Virus record (IMG/VR): IMGVR_UViG_3300047469_000312
Coordinates: 108,465-172,464 of that record
From: a virus
Length of the DNA: 64,000 nucleotides
Direction: 5' to 3' (one strand)
Shown: piece after piece, positions 39,384 to 48,940 of the stretch
How positions within the stretch are numbered: position 1 is the first letter of the stretch
How the letters are laid out: every line of letters begins with the position of its first letter
Made by a program: the position numbers and the translations under genes
Notes under the pieces: model-generated
Databases searched by the model: none
The model's input: the letters and a program-made list of their open reading frames with translations, nothing else
Told to the model about the DNA's origin: nothing

Positions 39384-39716
39384 ATGACCGATACCACACA
39401 GAAAGAGCTGGGTCAAGAGTTCGTGCGGAAACTCAATAATCTAGCGCTGGAGGCCGAAAAGGTGCGCGGGTCGGGGGCGATCATGTCCGATCGTCGCCAG
39501 TTTTACCGCCGTCGCTTGGCGAAGTATTTCATGGATGCGAACTACACCGTGGTGCTCGAACGTATTAACCGCGCTGAGTACCCGGATGCATTCCTGCAAG
39601 AGAAGATCAAACAGATGGACGATCTCATGTCGAACTCCTCAGCGCTCGAACGAGCCCTGAGTGATGGTGCTCGCGCGGAGAGCACGTTTGACCTGGGTTC
39701 TTTTAACCGTTCTTAA
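39384..39716 (+). CDS. Hypothetical protein
   Basis: GGAGG RBS. Confidence 0.75.
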   Translation: MTDTTQKELGQEFVRKLNNLALEAEKVRGSGAIMSDRRQFYRRRLAKYFMDANYTVVLERINRAEYPDAFLQEKIKQMDDLMSNSSALERALSDGARAESTFDLGSFNRS

Positions 39717-39730
39717 CGAGGAGCAGTGAG

Positions 39731-40822
39731 ATGAATGAGTTGCAAGCGACCAGCCCGATGCAGTCGCAGTACATGATCAAATGCGTGAAGTCCGGCAACA
39801 CCGCAGAAGCCTTTTACGCGTTCTTGTTCGATCGGGAATTCTGGGCGCAACGCGACCAGGCGGCCCAGTTCAGTGATCTGGCCATGGCGATTACGAAGTT
39901 GGAGGCGATTGCCAATGATGAGATCGGCGACGGGCTTTTCATCAGCCTGAAAGAGCAACTCGATGGGGATGTGGCGGCACTGTACGTCGTGCGCACCGAT
40001 GACGATGCGATCATGCACAGCATCGCTTACCTGGATGATAGCGCAAAGGCGCCTGCGAATTCGCAAGACTCCGATGCTTTCCAGCTGAAAGTCGTGCGCG
40101 AAGGCCAAGACGACGTGTATGTCAACGTCGACGAAGATGCCAACATCAACCTCACCGTGAACAAGGAGGAAGCAACCCTCTACGGGCACATTAACTTAGT
40201 GCGACAGATCATCCAGCAATTGCAGGATGCGACGATTGGTGAAATCGGTGTGGACCATGAGTCGGTGGAAAGCGCAGACACAGCACTCGAGCAAAGCGAC
40301 GGTTGGTCGCAGCTCAAGCTGCATCTCTGTAGGCGCCCGGCCGACTATACCGAGGAAGTACCCCAGGACGCCGACGGCAGCCCATCCAAAGGACTGTGGT
40401 GGTACGAGAAGGTGGTACTTGAAATCGTCGACGTGAATCGAGAGGAGACCGTCGAGACGCACATGCTGCGCACGGTGGTGAAGATCAGTGACGCCCATCA
40501 TTTCACCGTACGCATCGTACGCGAACCGATGGCCGATCTCTGGCTCACCGCCGATGGCCAGACCAGTGAAGACTACGTACCCGATGAAGCACTCATCGTC
40601 AGCATGAACGAGGGTGTGGAGTTGTTGCGCAGTCTGATGGAAATGAGCGACGTGAAGGACCTGGCAGCAGGGCAAGAACCGTTGCCCTTCCAGGCGTTGA
40701 AGTCGCAGTTGATTCGGGGTAGTGAAGAAGTGTGGGCGGAGCTGATTGACATCGAGGACCAAAAGGCAGTGGGGTCGGTGTACTTGAAGCAGCCGTTCTA
40801 CATGGAAGAAGTCAAGCTCTAA
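39731..40822 (+). CDS. Acidic hypothetical protein with internal repeats
   Basis: 363 aa, Asp/Glu-rich. Confidence 0.8.
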   Translation: MNELQATSPMQSQYMIKCVKSGNTAEAFYAFLFDREFWAQRDQAAQFSDLAMAITKLEAIANDEIGDGLFISLKEQLDGDVAALYVVRTDDDAIMHSIAYLDDSAKAPANSQDSDAFQLKVVREGQDDVYVNVDEDANINLTVNKEEATLYGHINLVRQIIQQLQDATIGEIGVDHESVESADTALEQSDGWSQLKLHLCRRPADYTEEVPQDADGSPSKGLWWYEKVVLEIVDVNREETVETHMLRTVVKISDAHHFTVRIVREPMADLWLTADGQTSEDYVPDEALIVSMNEGVELLRSLMEMSDVKDLAAGQEPLPFQALKSQLIRGSEEVWAELIDIEDQKAVGSVYLKQPFYMEEVKL

Positions 40823-40926
40823 TTCATAACGAGCATAAGGAGCGCTATTCCCGCTAGGTAAAACTAACGGGGTAGCCTCCTTTTATGCCGTATATGGACT
40901 AGTTGTCAACAATAACAAGGAGTTAG

Positions 40927-41532
40927 GTGATGATCCCAACGGAAACGCTGTGTGACTGGAACTGTATCGACGAAAAGACGCAGCAGCCCCAGTCATTCTC
41001 GCCGCTGGTCGAGTGCAATCTGCATGACTTTACGCTCACGTTGCTCTCGTGGGTACGTGGCCATAACCTGAACAATCCGCGGAACCGGCAAGCACTCACT
41101 TACGGGCAGGAAGCGGGGGACGGCTACTTCGCTTTTGAATTCAAGCTGCACGGGGACCTGGTGGCCAAACGCACCCAGGCATCGAGCACGTACCATCTGG
41201 CGAAAGTCATCTGCTTCGATGATGATCGCACCAAGGTCCGGATTCGTTACTTGGTGTGGCGCACCGTGCGTGGTCCGCATGGTCGTGCGCACCCCATCGC
41301 CCAAGAACTGCTCGATATGCTGGAAGTGGATTATTCGCTGAACACCCATCCCCGCATGAACAACGTGAAGAAGGCCGCAGTTGACGTGTACAACCACATC
41401 AGCGATGGTACGTTTGATTTCACGCTGTATCGCGAGCACTTGGCGCATGAGCCACGCATCAATGGCAAGCAAGGCTTCAAGCAGTCGGCAGCTAAACGGC
41501 TGATTCAGCCCGACAGCCATCAGACGGCATAA
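40927..41532 (+). CDS. Hypothetical protein
   Basis: AAGGAG RBS. Confidence 0.75.
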   Translation: MMIPTETLCDWNCIDEKTQQPQSFSPLVECNLHDFTLTLLSWVRGHNLNNPRNRQALTYGQEAGDGYFAFEFKLHGDLVAKRTQASSTYHLAKVICFDDDRTKVRIRYLVWRTVRGPHGRAHPIAQELLDMLEVDYSLNTHPRMNNVKKAAVDVYNHISDGTFDFTLYREHLAHEPRINGKQGFKQSAAKRLIQPDSHQTA

Positions 41533-41570
41533 ACCCCCGGCAGCGGCCGGGGGAAAGCGTCTGCCTCGCG

Positions 41571-41966
41571 TTACGCGGTGGGCGCTGCTTTTTGGATGGC
41601 GGGAATCATCTTCCCGTTTTCATCCAGAGTGATCGTAAAGCTCAGACCCGCGGCATTACACTTCGCAATCATGCGCTCGATGTACTGCCACAGATCCTGC
41701 TCACTGGTCACCGGTTTGGGTTGCGTCGCATCCTGCGCTTCGCGTTCTTTTGTGAACGCAATCGCTGCAAAGATCGCGTGTGCAAAATTCAGTGTCACCC
41801 CTTGCGGGTTCGCAAGGACAGCAGCACCGAGTTTGGTAGGGTCGGCCGCATCCAGAACACCCAGACGTTGGGCTTCCTGGATAATGCCAGGGTTGTTAGG
41901 GCGATCACCACTGGGAGTCGTTTGAACCACACTGAGTACGGTGGTCGCTGGAGTAACAGTACTCAT
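41571..41966 (-). CDS. Hypothetical protein (minus strand)
   Basis: GGAG RBS on the minus strand; followed by a minus-strand hairpin+TATGCCG at 41525-41553. Confidence 0.7.
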   Translation of the reverse strand: MSTVTPATTVLSVVQTTPSGDRPNNPGIIQEAQRLGVLDAADPTKLGAAVLANPQGVTLNFAHAIFAAIAFTKEREAQDATQPKPVTSEQDLWQYIERMIAKCNAAGLSFTITLDENGKMIPAIQKAAPTA

Positions 41967-42034
41967 TAGAATGCTCCAAGAAAGAGGATCGGTGTGGGGG
42001 TTCATCAGATATGTGTTTCCCTAGGGGAGGTTGT

Positions 42035-42319
42035 ATGCTTAATCTGATCATACTCAACTGCGACGATGGTCGCAAGCTCTACTATTCCAACGGACAACGC
42101 ACGCCGCAGGGCTTCCATGAGAACATCCAGGACGCCACGTTGTATCCGGACGGAACAGCAGCGAGTCATGATTTTGGGATGTTGCGCTCGACGCTACACG
42201 GTCAGTCGTTGGTTCGCAATGGCTTGATCCGGCCGACCTGGAAACAAGTCACAGGTCACTTGACTGTGGAACAGTTCGGTCACGGCGAAGCAGTCACGAG
42301 TGCAGCGGTGCGTCTCTAA
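42035..42319 (+). CDS. Hypothetical protein
   Basis: GGAGG RBS. Confidence 0.7.
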   Translation: MLNLIILNCDDGRKLYYSNGQRTPQGFHENIQDATLYPDGTAASHDFGMLRSTLHGQSLVRNGLIRPTWKQVTGHLTVEQFGHGEAVTSAAVRL

Positions 42320-42338
42320 CTGCGAAAAGGTCATTACA

Positions 42339-42629
42339 ATGGACAGAACAAAAAAGAAGATTGAAGTCCAGGCACGCGTGCGAGTCATTGGTAAGATCAA
42401 ACGCCAGGAGCTCACGCGGCCTGAGAACTTCAACACCGTCGTCGAAATTGAGCGCTCCGCCATCTACGCACCGGGGGCTCAACAGACGCTGGTGGAAACC
42501 GCTACGCGTAAATCATTCGTGGACCATTTCCTGAACCGCATGCGCCACGACGCCGACGCGAAGCGCCGAATCGGTGGCACCAAGTGGGAGGTGGACGTGT
42601 TGGAGCTTCGTTATAAGGACGCAGTATGA
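42339..42629 (+). CDS. Hypothetical protein
   Basis: ORF. Confidence 0.65.
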   Translation: MDRTKKKIEVQARVRVIGKIKRQELTRPENFNTVVEIERSAIYAPGAQQTLVETATRKSFVDHFLNRMRHDADAKRRIGGTKWEVDVLELRYKDAV

Positions 42630-43165
42630 ACTTCGGTGAGATGGCTTGGCGACCCAGGCTGCGCCAGATCGGCTTTGCCCCGAAAGGTGAAGAGTGGCGT
42701 TGCTTTCAGCCGGGATTGAAGACTCGACCCGGTGAGTACTACTCGGAAGACATCACGCTCTCCCTCGCCGAGCGCTGGCACATGTTCCTCGGGTATCGGG
42801 AACATGATGCACGCGAGCTCCTGAAAGAGTTCGATGTGTATCAGATCGTGCACCTGGACGATCTCTTTCGCTTTGTCCTGCATCTGCCCAAGCCGCTCGC
42901 GCAGTTGTTGGACGAGGCGAAGATTCCGCGTACCAAAACGCTGACTCACTTTAACCCGTTGTTTGGGCCACCGCCTGAATTCCATGGTCCGCTGGAACCC
43001 TCAGGGCTGCTGCCTTACGGCGCACCGACGGGCAATGACAAAGAGCTCGGGGTTCAGCCGTCGTTCAGACACATCGAGAACTTGCCGATCTTTTCGATGC
43101 CATCAGTGGAAAGCTGGCGCAAAGTAGCTGCGGCGCTTGCAGACCACACGCATAAGCAGGCATAA
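42626..43165 (+). CDS. Hypothetical protein
   Basis: ATGA overlap. Confidence 0.7.
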   Translation: MNFGEMAWRPRLRQIGFAPKGEEWRCFQPGLKTRPGEYYSEDITLSLAERWHMFLGYREHDARELLKEFDVYQIVHLDDLFRFVLHLPKPLAQLLDEAKIPRTKTLTHFNPLFGPPPEFHGPLEPSGLLPYGAPTGNDKELGVQPSFRHIENLPIFSMPSVESWRKVAAALADHTHKQA

Positions 43166-43236
43166 AGAGAGTAGTTGGAGAAAACCAGTAATCTAACCAG
43201 GAGTATTGCCCACTTGTAATATGGAGGATAAGAAAC

Positions 43237-43599
43237 ATGCCGTCGAATGTAATTACTGCACGGCTCTATACGGGGAAGATGTTGTATCTCGGTAGAGTAG
43301 AGTCAGGAAAGCTCGGAGATTGGTATGGTGAATTGGACCGCGCTGAAATCCTCCCAAATGAGGGAGATCTCTCGTCACTTTTCGATGCACTCTGTATGCA
43401 CGTGCAATACAAGACTGGTCGGACGCTGTTTGATCCGAATCTCTTGAAAACACTGCAACAAAAGGCCCGCCTCTTTGAATTGGGGGCAGCTCGGGTGGTG
43501 GAGGGACAGGTACGCACCTTCCGCCATCGCATTATTGACACCCATGCGCTGGAACAACGCTTTAGTAGTCCCGTCTTAAAGTTATCAGCCACAATGTAA
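43237..43599 (+). CDS. Hypothetical protein
   Basis: GGAGG RBS. Confidence 0.7.
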   Translation: MPSNVITARLYTGKMLYLGRVESGKLGDWYGELDRAEILPNEGDLSSLFDALCMHVQYKTGRTLFDPNLLKTLQQKARLFELGAARVVEGQVRTFRHRIIDTHALEQRFSSPVLKLSATM

Positions 43600-43601
43600 G
43601 T

Positions 43602-43633
43602 AGAGGGCGGCCTACGGGCTGCCTTCTATGCCG
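43602..43633 (+). terminator. Hairpin + TATGCCG signal
   Basis: AGAGGGCGGCC-TACG-GGCTGCCTTCT then ATGCCG. Confidence 0.7.
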
Positions 43634-43681
43634 TTTTTACGCTGTCGCCCCATCGGTTGAGTACCCATCCAAGGATAAATC

Positions 43682-44218
43682 ATGCCCACCAAATCAGGTC
43701 GTATCAAACTGGAAGACGTCCGTCAGGGCAAAACCATCTTCCAGCCGTTCTTTGATCCGAAGCAAAAGAAGATGGTCCCCAAGGCTCACCTGGTCAGCTT
43801 CGGCATCACCTACCGTCTGGTGGGGCTGGTCGCTAATGAGGACGGTATCCTCGAAGGCTACAGCCTGCCGATGTATTCCGTCAGCAAGCCGAGCGCCATG
43901 TCGCACAGTAAGACTCCGTCCCTCCTCACCTTTCATCCGACACGTAACTTCGCGGTGGTGGAACTGCCCGACGGGTCGCTGTGTCTGCGCAATGGCTTCA
44001 CGAGCCGTCGGCGCTGCCAGCAGTATCTCGAGGATCTGGAAGCCGGTCGGATCGACGAGAAGACGCACGGCATCGTGGTGGGAAGTCCTACCCGTGAAGC
44101 GGTGGAAAAGCACGCGAAGCTCGGCGGTGATCTGCCCGACCCGATCGAATTCAACGATCTGAAATGGGAACCCACGCGCGGCAGCGCGCCGGACTACAGT
44201 GGTCGTCAGGCAGGTTAA
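43682..44218 (+). CDS. Hypothetical protein, M.TK.GR family member 1
   Basis: N-terminus MPTKSGRIKLEDVRQGKTIF. Confidence 0.75.
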   Translation: MPTKSGRIKLEDVRQGKTIFQPFFDPKQKKMVPKAHLVSFGITYRLVGLVANEDGILEGYSLPMYSVSKPSAMSHSKTPSLLTFHPTRNFAVVELPDGSLCLRNGFTSRRRCQQYLEDLEAGRIDEKTHGIVVGSPTREAVEKHAKLGGDLPDPIEFNDLKWEPTRGSAPDYSGRQAG

Positions 44219-44222
44219 AAAG

Positions 44223-44471
44223 ATGGCGACCACTACGTCCAGCGAGAAGCACCCGTGCTGCCGGGGTGAGTATCGGGACTCACCCGTAGGCGTGGTGTAC
44301 GTGTGCGGCTATAACACCGTGATTCAGTGCGAAGAGTGTCGCTACCGCACCAATCGCAACTTCAGCTATCTGGAAGTCCGTAAGAATCCGGAGGCCAAAG
44401 GGAACCGCCCGCTGGGTGGTCGTGCTGAACAACTGACGTTTTTCCCGAGGAAAGAATATGGAACCGAGTAA
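44223..44471 (+). CDS. Small Cys-rich protein
   Basis: Packed ORF. Confidence 0.6.
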   Translation: MATTTSSEKHPCCRGEYRDSPVGVVYVCGYNTVIQCEECRYRTNRNFSYLEVRKNPEAKGNRPLGGRAEQLTFFPRKEYGTE

Positions 44472-44883
44472 AGAAGCCGCTGAACCCGTGAAGATTGTGG
44501 ATTACCTCAGTCTGATCTCGCGCAAGCCGGACCCCAATCCGAAGGCGACCCAGCGCCTGTGCGAGCAGATCCGCACCCTGCTGAAAGACCACGAATTCCC
44601 GCCGATCATTCCGACGCGATTCAAGACCATCGAAGAAATGATCCCGAAGGGTGGCTTCAAGCTAGGCGAGCTGACGCTCTTTATGACGTCGCCGCGCCCG
44701 AGTGAGCGCAAGTCGGACGTCATGTTCCACACGGTCTTGCGCAAGATGGCTGAAGACCCGAACTTTAAACCCGTGTTCCGCTTCGAGCAGGAAGGGTCGC
44801 CGTATGACCAAGAACGCTTCGAAACCGCGCTCAAGAGCATGGGCATCGAAATCACTAACGATAACAAGGAAGTCAAGTCATGA
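44458..44883 (+). CDS. Hypothetical protein with a degenerate RecA/DnaB-like segment
   Basis: IPTRF..IEEMIP.GGFKLGELTLF...RKS. Confidence 0.55.
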   Translation: MEPSKEAAEPVKIVDYLSLISRKPDPNPKATQRLCEQIRTLLKDHEFPPIIPTRFKTIEEMIPKGGFKLGELTLFMTSPRPSERKSDVMFHTVLRKMAEDPNFKPVFRFEQEGSPYDQERFETALKSMGIEITNDNKEVKS

Positions 44884-45416
44884 GTAAGTCGAACGCCGCC
44901 CAACGTCGTCTGGAGCAAAAGAAGCTGCCGCTGGCCATGCAAAAGCTGCTGGCTAATGGCTACAGCGGCAAGGCGCAAGCCGCTGCGGATAACGAGTTCT
45001 ATCTGAACTATCTGGAGAACCGTCGTCAAGCCGCGCTGGAGCAAAAGCCCTTTCGTGAAGCTCTGAATGCGCTGCACGAAACGAACCCGTTCAAGGAAGT
45101 CGAGTACGGCGCGGCGATCTTCACCTATGTGCCCACAGAACTGTCGGTCAAGATCGGTGAGCTCTGTGCTGAGTGGAAGGTGGCGGTGCAAGAGAACCTG
45201 CAAGGCAAGAGCTGGTCGTCGGTGCGCTACCCGTGGAATGACGGTAAGCCCGTCAGTCAGGAGTACGTGATGCCGTCGCCCGATCACGCAGACTTCATGA
45301 AGTTCGTCACGTATGAACAACTGCGCGCTACGCCCGAGCAGGATCTGAACATGCGTGCCTTGCTCACCCAAATGGCCAAAGATCTGGGGATCGCCGATGA
45401 AGCTCAAAACGTTTGA
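44880..45416 (+). CDS. Hypothetical protein
   Basis: ATGA overlap. Confidence 0.75.
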   Translation: MSKSNAAQRRLEQKKLPLAMQKLLANGYSGKAQAAADNEFYLNYLENRRQAALEQKPFREALNALHETNPFKEVEYGAAIFTYVPTELSVKIGELCAEWKVAVQENLQGKSWSSVRYPWNDGKPVSQEYVMPSPDHADFMKFVTYEQLRATPEQDLNMRALLTQMAKDLGIADEAQNV

Positions 45417-45705
45417 CATCCTCATGAACGGCAAGCTGAGGCCGTTCGAAGTCGTGCTCGATAAAGGCACGAAGGTGTTGGATTTTATCGACCATACGGG
45501 CGAAAGCACAGTACAGTTGGTGATCCTCGAACCCGAGAATATGGGCGATGAGCTCGAAACGCGTAAGCTCTGCTTCTATCAGGTCAATGATAAGGAAACG
45601 AGTGTGCCCGAGCTCGCGCGCTACATCGCGACGTCCAAGGGCAAGTACTGGGCTCCATTCATGCTCTTTGACGTGACGGGGTGCGTGCTCGACGAAGAAG
45701 AGTAA
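45397..45705 (+). CDS. Hypothetical protein
   Basis: Packed ORF. Confidence 0.65.
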   Translation: MKLKTFDILMNGKLRPFEVVLDKGTKVLDFIDHTGESTVQLVILEPENMGDELETRKLCFYQVNDKETSVPELARYIATSKGKYWAPFMLFDVTGCVLDEEE

Positions 45706-45732
45706 ATAGGCTAATTAAAAGGAGTAGGACAA

Positions 45733-46275
45733 ATGGCAGAAGAAAAGGCAGTTCCGGCGATCCTCTCGTTTAACGAAAAGCGTATGCGCCCGGTTGTGGC
45801 ACGGGCGTTGCCCATGATTGGTAAACTGCTGACGATGCAGCGCGAGATTAACTTTGTTTTGCCGCGGGTCGACAAGCCGATTGGGGACTTCTTTGTAATG
45901 GCGTTTCCGTACGGGGGTCCGATCGGTGTCAATAGCCGAGGGATCGTGAATGAAGAAGGGGATTTCTTCTGCCTGATCGAGAACTCCGCCCATGCTGCTT
46001 TTGAGCGCGAAGAGCTGACGCTCGGTCAAGTGCTGCACGACGCACTGAGCTTCGTGTGCATCGAGCACAAGCTCGTCGACGATAAGGTCAGCGTGTTGTT
46101 GCGTAATCGGGCCACGGAAATCATGGCGCGGGCATACTTTGTCGGCAGCACCACGTTTGACATGGCGGTGACCGTCACGCAGGCGCTCATGTGCATGAAT
46201 GCGCCGTCTCCTAAAGAAGCGGCAGCGATCGCCGCCTCGGAGCTGCAACGTATCATGAATAGGAAGGAGGCGTAA
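45733..46275 (+). CDS. Hypothetical protein
   Basis: RBS. Confidence 0.75.
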   Translation: MAEEKAVPAILSFNEKRMRPVVARALPMIGKLLTMQREINFVLPRVDKPIGDFFVMAFPYGGPIGVNSRGIVNEEGDFFCLIENSAHAAFEREELTLGQVLHDALSFVCIEHKLVDDKVSVLLRNRATEIMARAYFVGSTTFDMAVTVTQALMCMNAPSPKEAAAIAASELQRIMNRKEA

Positions 46276-46547
46276 TGCCCAGGCCAGCGCATACGGTGGA
46301 GAAGGTACGCCTGAATCTGGACATGCATCCGGACGTGAAAGCCGAGATTCAGGCCATCCAGGAGCGCCTGAGCGCCGACAGCATGGGTGAGGTTATCCGG
46401 CGTTGTGTGAAGGCCGTGACGAGCGTTCTGGAAGCCCACGACCGGGGTGATCGTGTCATGGTGTACCCGAAGGATGGCAGTACGCCTTACGAAATGTTGC
46501 TTTTTCCGCCGAGGAGGAAAGATGTACCCGAAGGATCTGATGACTAG
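46275..46547 (+). CDS. Ribbon-helix-helix-like DNA-binding protein
   Basis: VRLNLDM....KAEI..IQERL..DSMGEVIRR. Confidence 0.6.
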   Translation: MPRPAHTVEKVRLNLDMHPDVKAEIQAIQERLSADSMGEVIRRCVKAVTSVLEAHDRGDRVMVYPKDGSTPYEMLLFPPRRKDVPEGSDD

Positions 46548-46989
46548 GCCCGATGAGCAACTGACGCCTTACGAGCGGCAGCTGAAGTACGGCGAGAACG
46601 GTGACCCGCAGCAACTGAACCCGTATATCGACCAAGCGCTCGCGTTGATGGAAGAGTGCGACAAGTGGAATGTCGACAAAGTCTTCCAGAAGGCATGGCG
46701 CGTCGGTAAGGGTTATGTCAATTCGCGCAGTCTTTGGGACCTGGTGAAGGCACGCATCATTGCGCAGCTCAAAGAGCAGGCTCGTAAATCGATCCAGTCT
46801 TACCTCAGCGATCATGACGCGTTGCTGGGTTTCATGACTGAAGATGCTCGCTGGCACCATACGCGGGCTAACCTGGTGACGGTGTTGTTTGAGGTCACGG
46901 GCGGCGGTGTCGCGCTGGACGAGCTGGCTCAGGTGGCTGACGAAGCGATCGCCGACTGTATCAAAGCTAACCAAGGGGGGAGAGCGTGA
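46522..46989 (+). CDS. Hypothetical protein
   Basis: GAGGAGG RBS before ATG 46522. Confidence 0.7.
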   Translation: MYPKDLMTRPDEQLTPYERQLKYGENGDPQQLNPYIDQALALMEECDKWNVDKVFQKAWRVGKGYVNSRSLWDLVKARIIAQLKEQARKSIQSYLSDHDALLGFMTEDARWHHTRANLVTVLFEVTGGGVALDELAQVADEAIADCIKANQGGRA

Positions 46990-47417
46990 GCCGGAGTTCC
47001 GCGATTCGCAGACGTCGTAAAATCATGCGTGGCATTGGGGTCAAGCGCCTCACCTATCGGCAACAGATGGAACACATTGCCGTGAGGACGGTGAAACGCA
47101 TTATCGCCACCGTTGGCTGGGATCACGTGAAGTTCATGCAAGACACGTCGTTCTCCTTGGAAGCGGCTATCACCCCGGAACGAGAAGCTCTCGTCGAGCA
47201 AATTTTGCTCGAGCAGGGGTATCTTAAGACACGCACCGGAGAGTTCGTCCACAAGAAGATGCGCTTGTCGGACTTCGCTTCAATAGGTGCGATAAGTATT
47301 GTGCCTACCGTTATCAGCGAACCTGATCGAATGCCAGGGGCTTTTGGCTGGCCGGAAATCACTCCGGAAGAAATCAAGGCCGTCGAAGAACGGCTCGCGG
47401 CGCCACACGGTATCTGA
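46986..47417 (+). CDS. Hypothetical basic protein
   Basis: GTGA overlap. Confidence 0.7.
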   Translation: MSRSSAIRRRRKIMRGIGVKRLTYRQQMEHIAVRTVKRIIATVGWDHVKFMQDTSFSLEAAITPEREALVEQILLEQGYLKTRTGEFVHKKMRLSDFASIGAISIVPTVISEPDRMPGAFGWPEITPEEIKAVEERLAAPHGI

Positions 47418-47429
47418 GCTGTATTAGTG

Positions 47430-47593
47430 CTAGTCACCTGAGTGCTGGGCGCGGCGCTCACGGGGAGTGGTCCATCGTGCCGGTTTTCAGGTTTGGCCGG
47501 ATTATCAAGTCGGTGGGAAAAGGCCCGTTGGTAGGGGTGAGGGGCGTGGAAACCTCTCTGCCTGAATCCAACCCCCAGCACTCAGGTGATTGG
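47430..47593 (+). ncRNA. Candidate ~164-nt structured RNA closed by a long terminal stem
   Basis: Perfect 16-bp inverted repeat 47434-49/47574-89, extended by G-U pairs. Confidence 0.5.
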
Positions 47594-47624
47594 TGAGCCA
47601 TATGCGCATAGCCGGGGATTCACA

Positions 47625-47954
47625 ATGTCTGATTTAGTTCGGAGTTCAGTAAGGGAGACAGTCGAACTGCTCTATGGCCTGATTGCCAATCCTGAATCGA
47701 TCGATAAGTTTGCTGCTTTCTTTAGCAAAATCAACGAGCGAGCGTTCGTGATGTCGGTGTCAGAGGGTAGGTACAACAATAAAGAACTCGGAACTGTGGT
47801 GACCATTACGGTCCACGACAGCAAAGGCACGTTTGAACTGCTGCAGGGTTTTCTACCCTTGGCAGAAGAGATGTTTGAAAGAACAGGTAAGCGCTACTTC
47901 ACGGACTTCTTCGAGCCAGAGTTTGGTTCGATTCTGCTGATTGATAGCGAATAG
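47625..47954 (+). CDS. Hypothetical protein
   Basis: GGGGA RBS before ATG 47625. Confidence 0.65.
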   Translation: MSDLVRSSVRETVELLYGLIANPESIDKFAAFFSKINERAFVMSVSEGRYNNKELGTVVTITVHDSKGTFELLQGFLPLAEEMFERTGKRYFTDFFEPEFGSILLIDSE

Positions 47955-47989
47955 GCATAATAACGAGATTGACACTACAGGTTGAGAAC

Positions 47990-48871
47990 ATGACCACCAT
48001 CCTTTACCACGACGGCCGACTCTTTGCTGACTCTACTATCTACAAGGGTAGTGATCGCATCAACAGTCTGGAAAAGATCGTGTTGCTGAACCCGCCGTTT
48101 AAAATCCTCTCGGACAGGCCGGAGTTCGAATTCAATGACATCGTCTACGGCTACTCGGGCACGGGCAGCCAGGACGCAATGGAGGCCTTTGCTGAGCACT
48201 TGCAGGGCAATGTCAAGGAGCGCGAGGATAGCAAGCTCACGCTCGCTTTCTACGACATGATCTCGACCTCCAACATGGTGGTGCCAGGCAATACGTTCGA
48301 GATCTTCTTCATCGGCGAGCAAGCCAACCACAGTTTTCGGTTGGACCACCACGGCTTTATCTACACGCGCTACGAGCTGGATCAAACCGTGGCGCTGGGC
48401 AGTGGCTCGCAAGACGTGATTCGCAATATCACGCACCACCGGGACCCGATTCGCGCGATGATGGAAACCTTCATCACCGATACAACCTCGGGTGGCTGGA
48501 TCGACTGTTGGGCGCTGCGCGAAGACGATGGTCTCAAGCGCTTTCGACGTGTGGGGTTGTGTGAGCCGATTCCCACTGATCTGATTCGGGCAGTGATGGA
48601 GAAGTTCCATGCCGACATGGAAGAGATCCCGCTGCAATTCGTGCGCAATGCGAAGAACACGCAGGACATCATCAACATTGCCAATATGAATCAGAAGCTG
48701 TTCGATCAGAATAAGCGCCTGAAAAAGCAGCTTGACATCTTGCGCAAGCAGGGCGTGCCCATTCCGGTCGTGCCGACGAAGGTCGCCAAGACGAAGCCCA
48801 AAACCCAGAAGCTGCCCTACACCAAGCTCTCCGGTGAAAAGGCAGTCACTGAGGTGAAGAAAAATAAGTAA
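47990..48871 (+). CDS. HslV/proteasome-beta-like Ntn threonine protease
   Basis: Starts MTTI....G.L.ADS; KI; GTG; ALGSGS; D..SGG. Confidence 0.65.
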   Translation: MTTILYHDGRLFADSTIYKGSDRINSLEKIVLLNPPFKILSDRPEFEFNDIVYGYSGTGSQDAMEAFAEHLQGNVKEREDSKLTLAFYDMISTSNMVVPGNTFEIFFIGEQANHSFRLDHHGFIYTRYELDQTVALGSGSQDVIRNITHHRDPIRAMMETFITDTTSGGWIDCWALREDDGLKRFRRVGLCEPIPTDLIRAVMEKFHADMEEIPLQFVRNAKNTQDIINIANMNQKLFDQNKRLKKQLDILRKQGVPIPVVPTKVAKTKPKTQKLPYTKLSGEKAVTEVKKNK

Positions 48872-48940
48872 AGGTTTTTTTCTGCAGTACCCACACTAAA
48901 AGCAGTCTCCGTTAAACAAACGAGGAAAGGAAATACAACC

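Noticed and set aside
46462-46536. 14-nt direct repeat TGTACCCGAAGGAT
   Set aside because: Only two copies, within overlapping coding sequence; probably a local duplication, with no evidence of function.
47430-47593. tRNA or tmRNA
   Set aside because: There is no cloverleaf, T-loop or CCA acceptor arrangement. It is kept only as an unclassified ncRNA candidate; no tRNA gene was recognised anywhere in the window.
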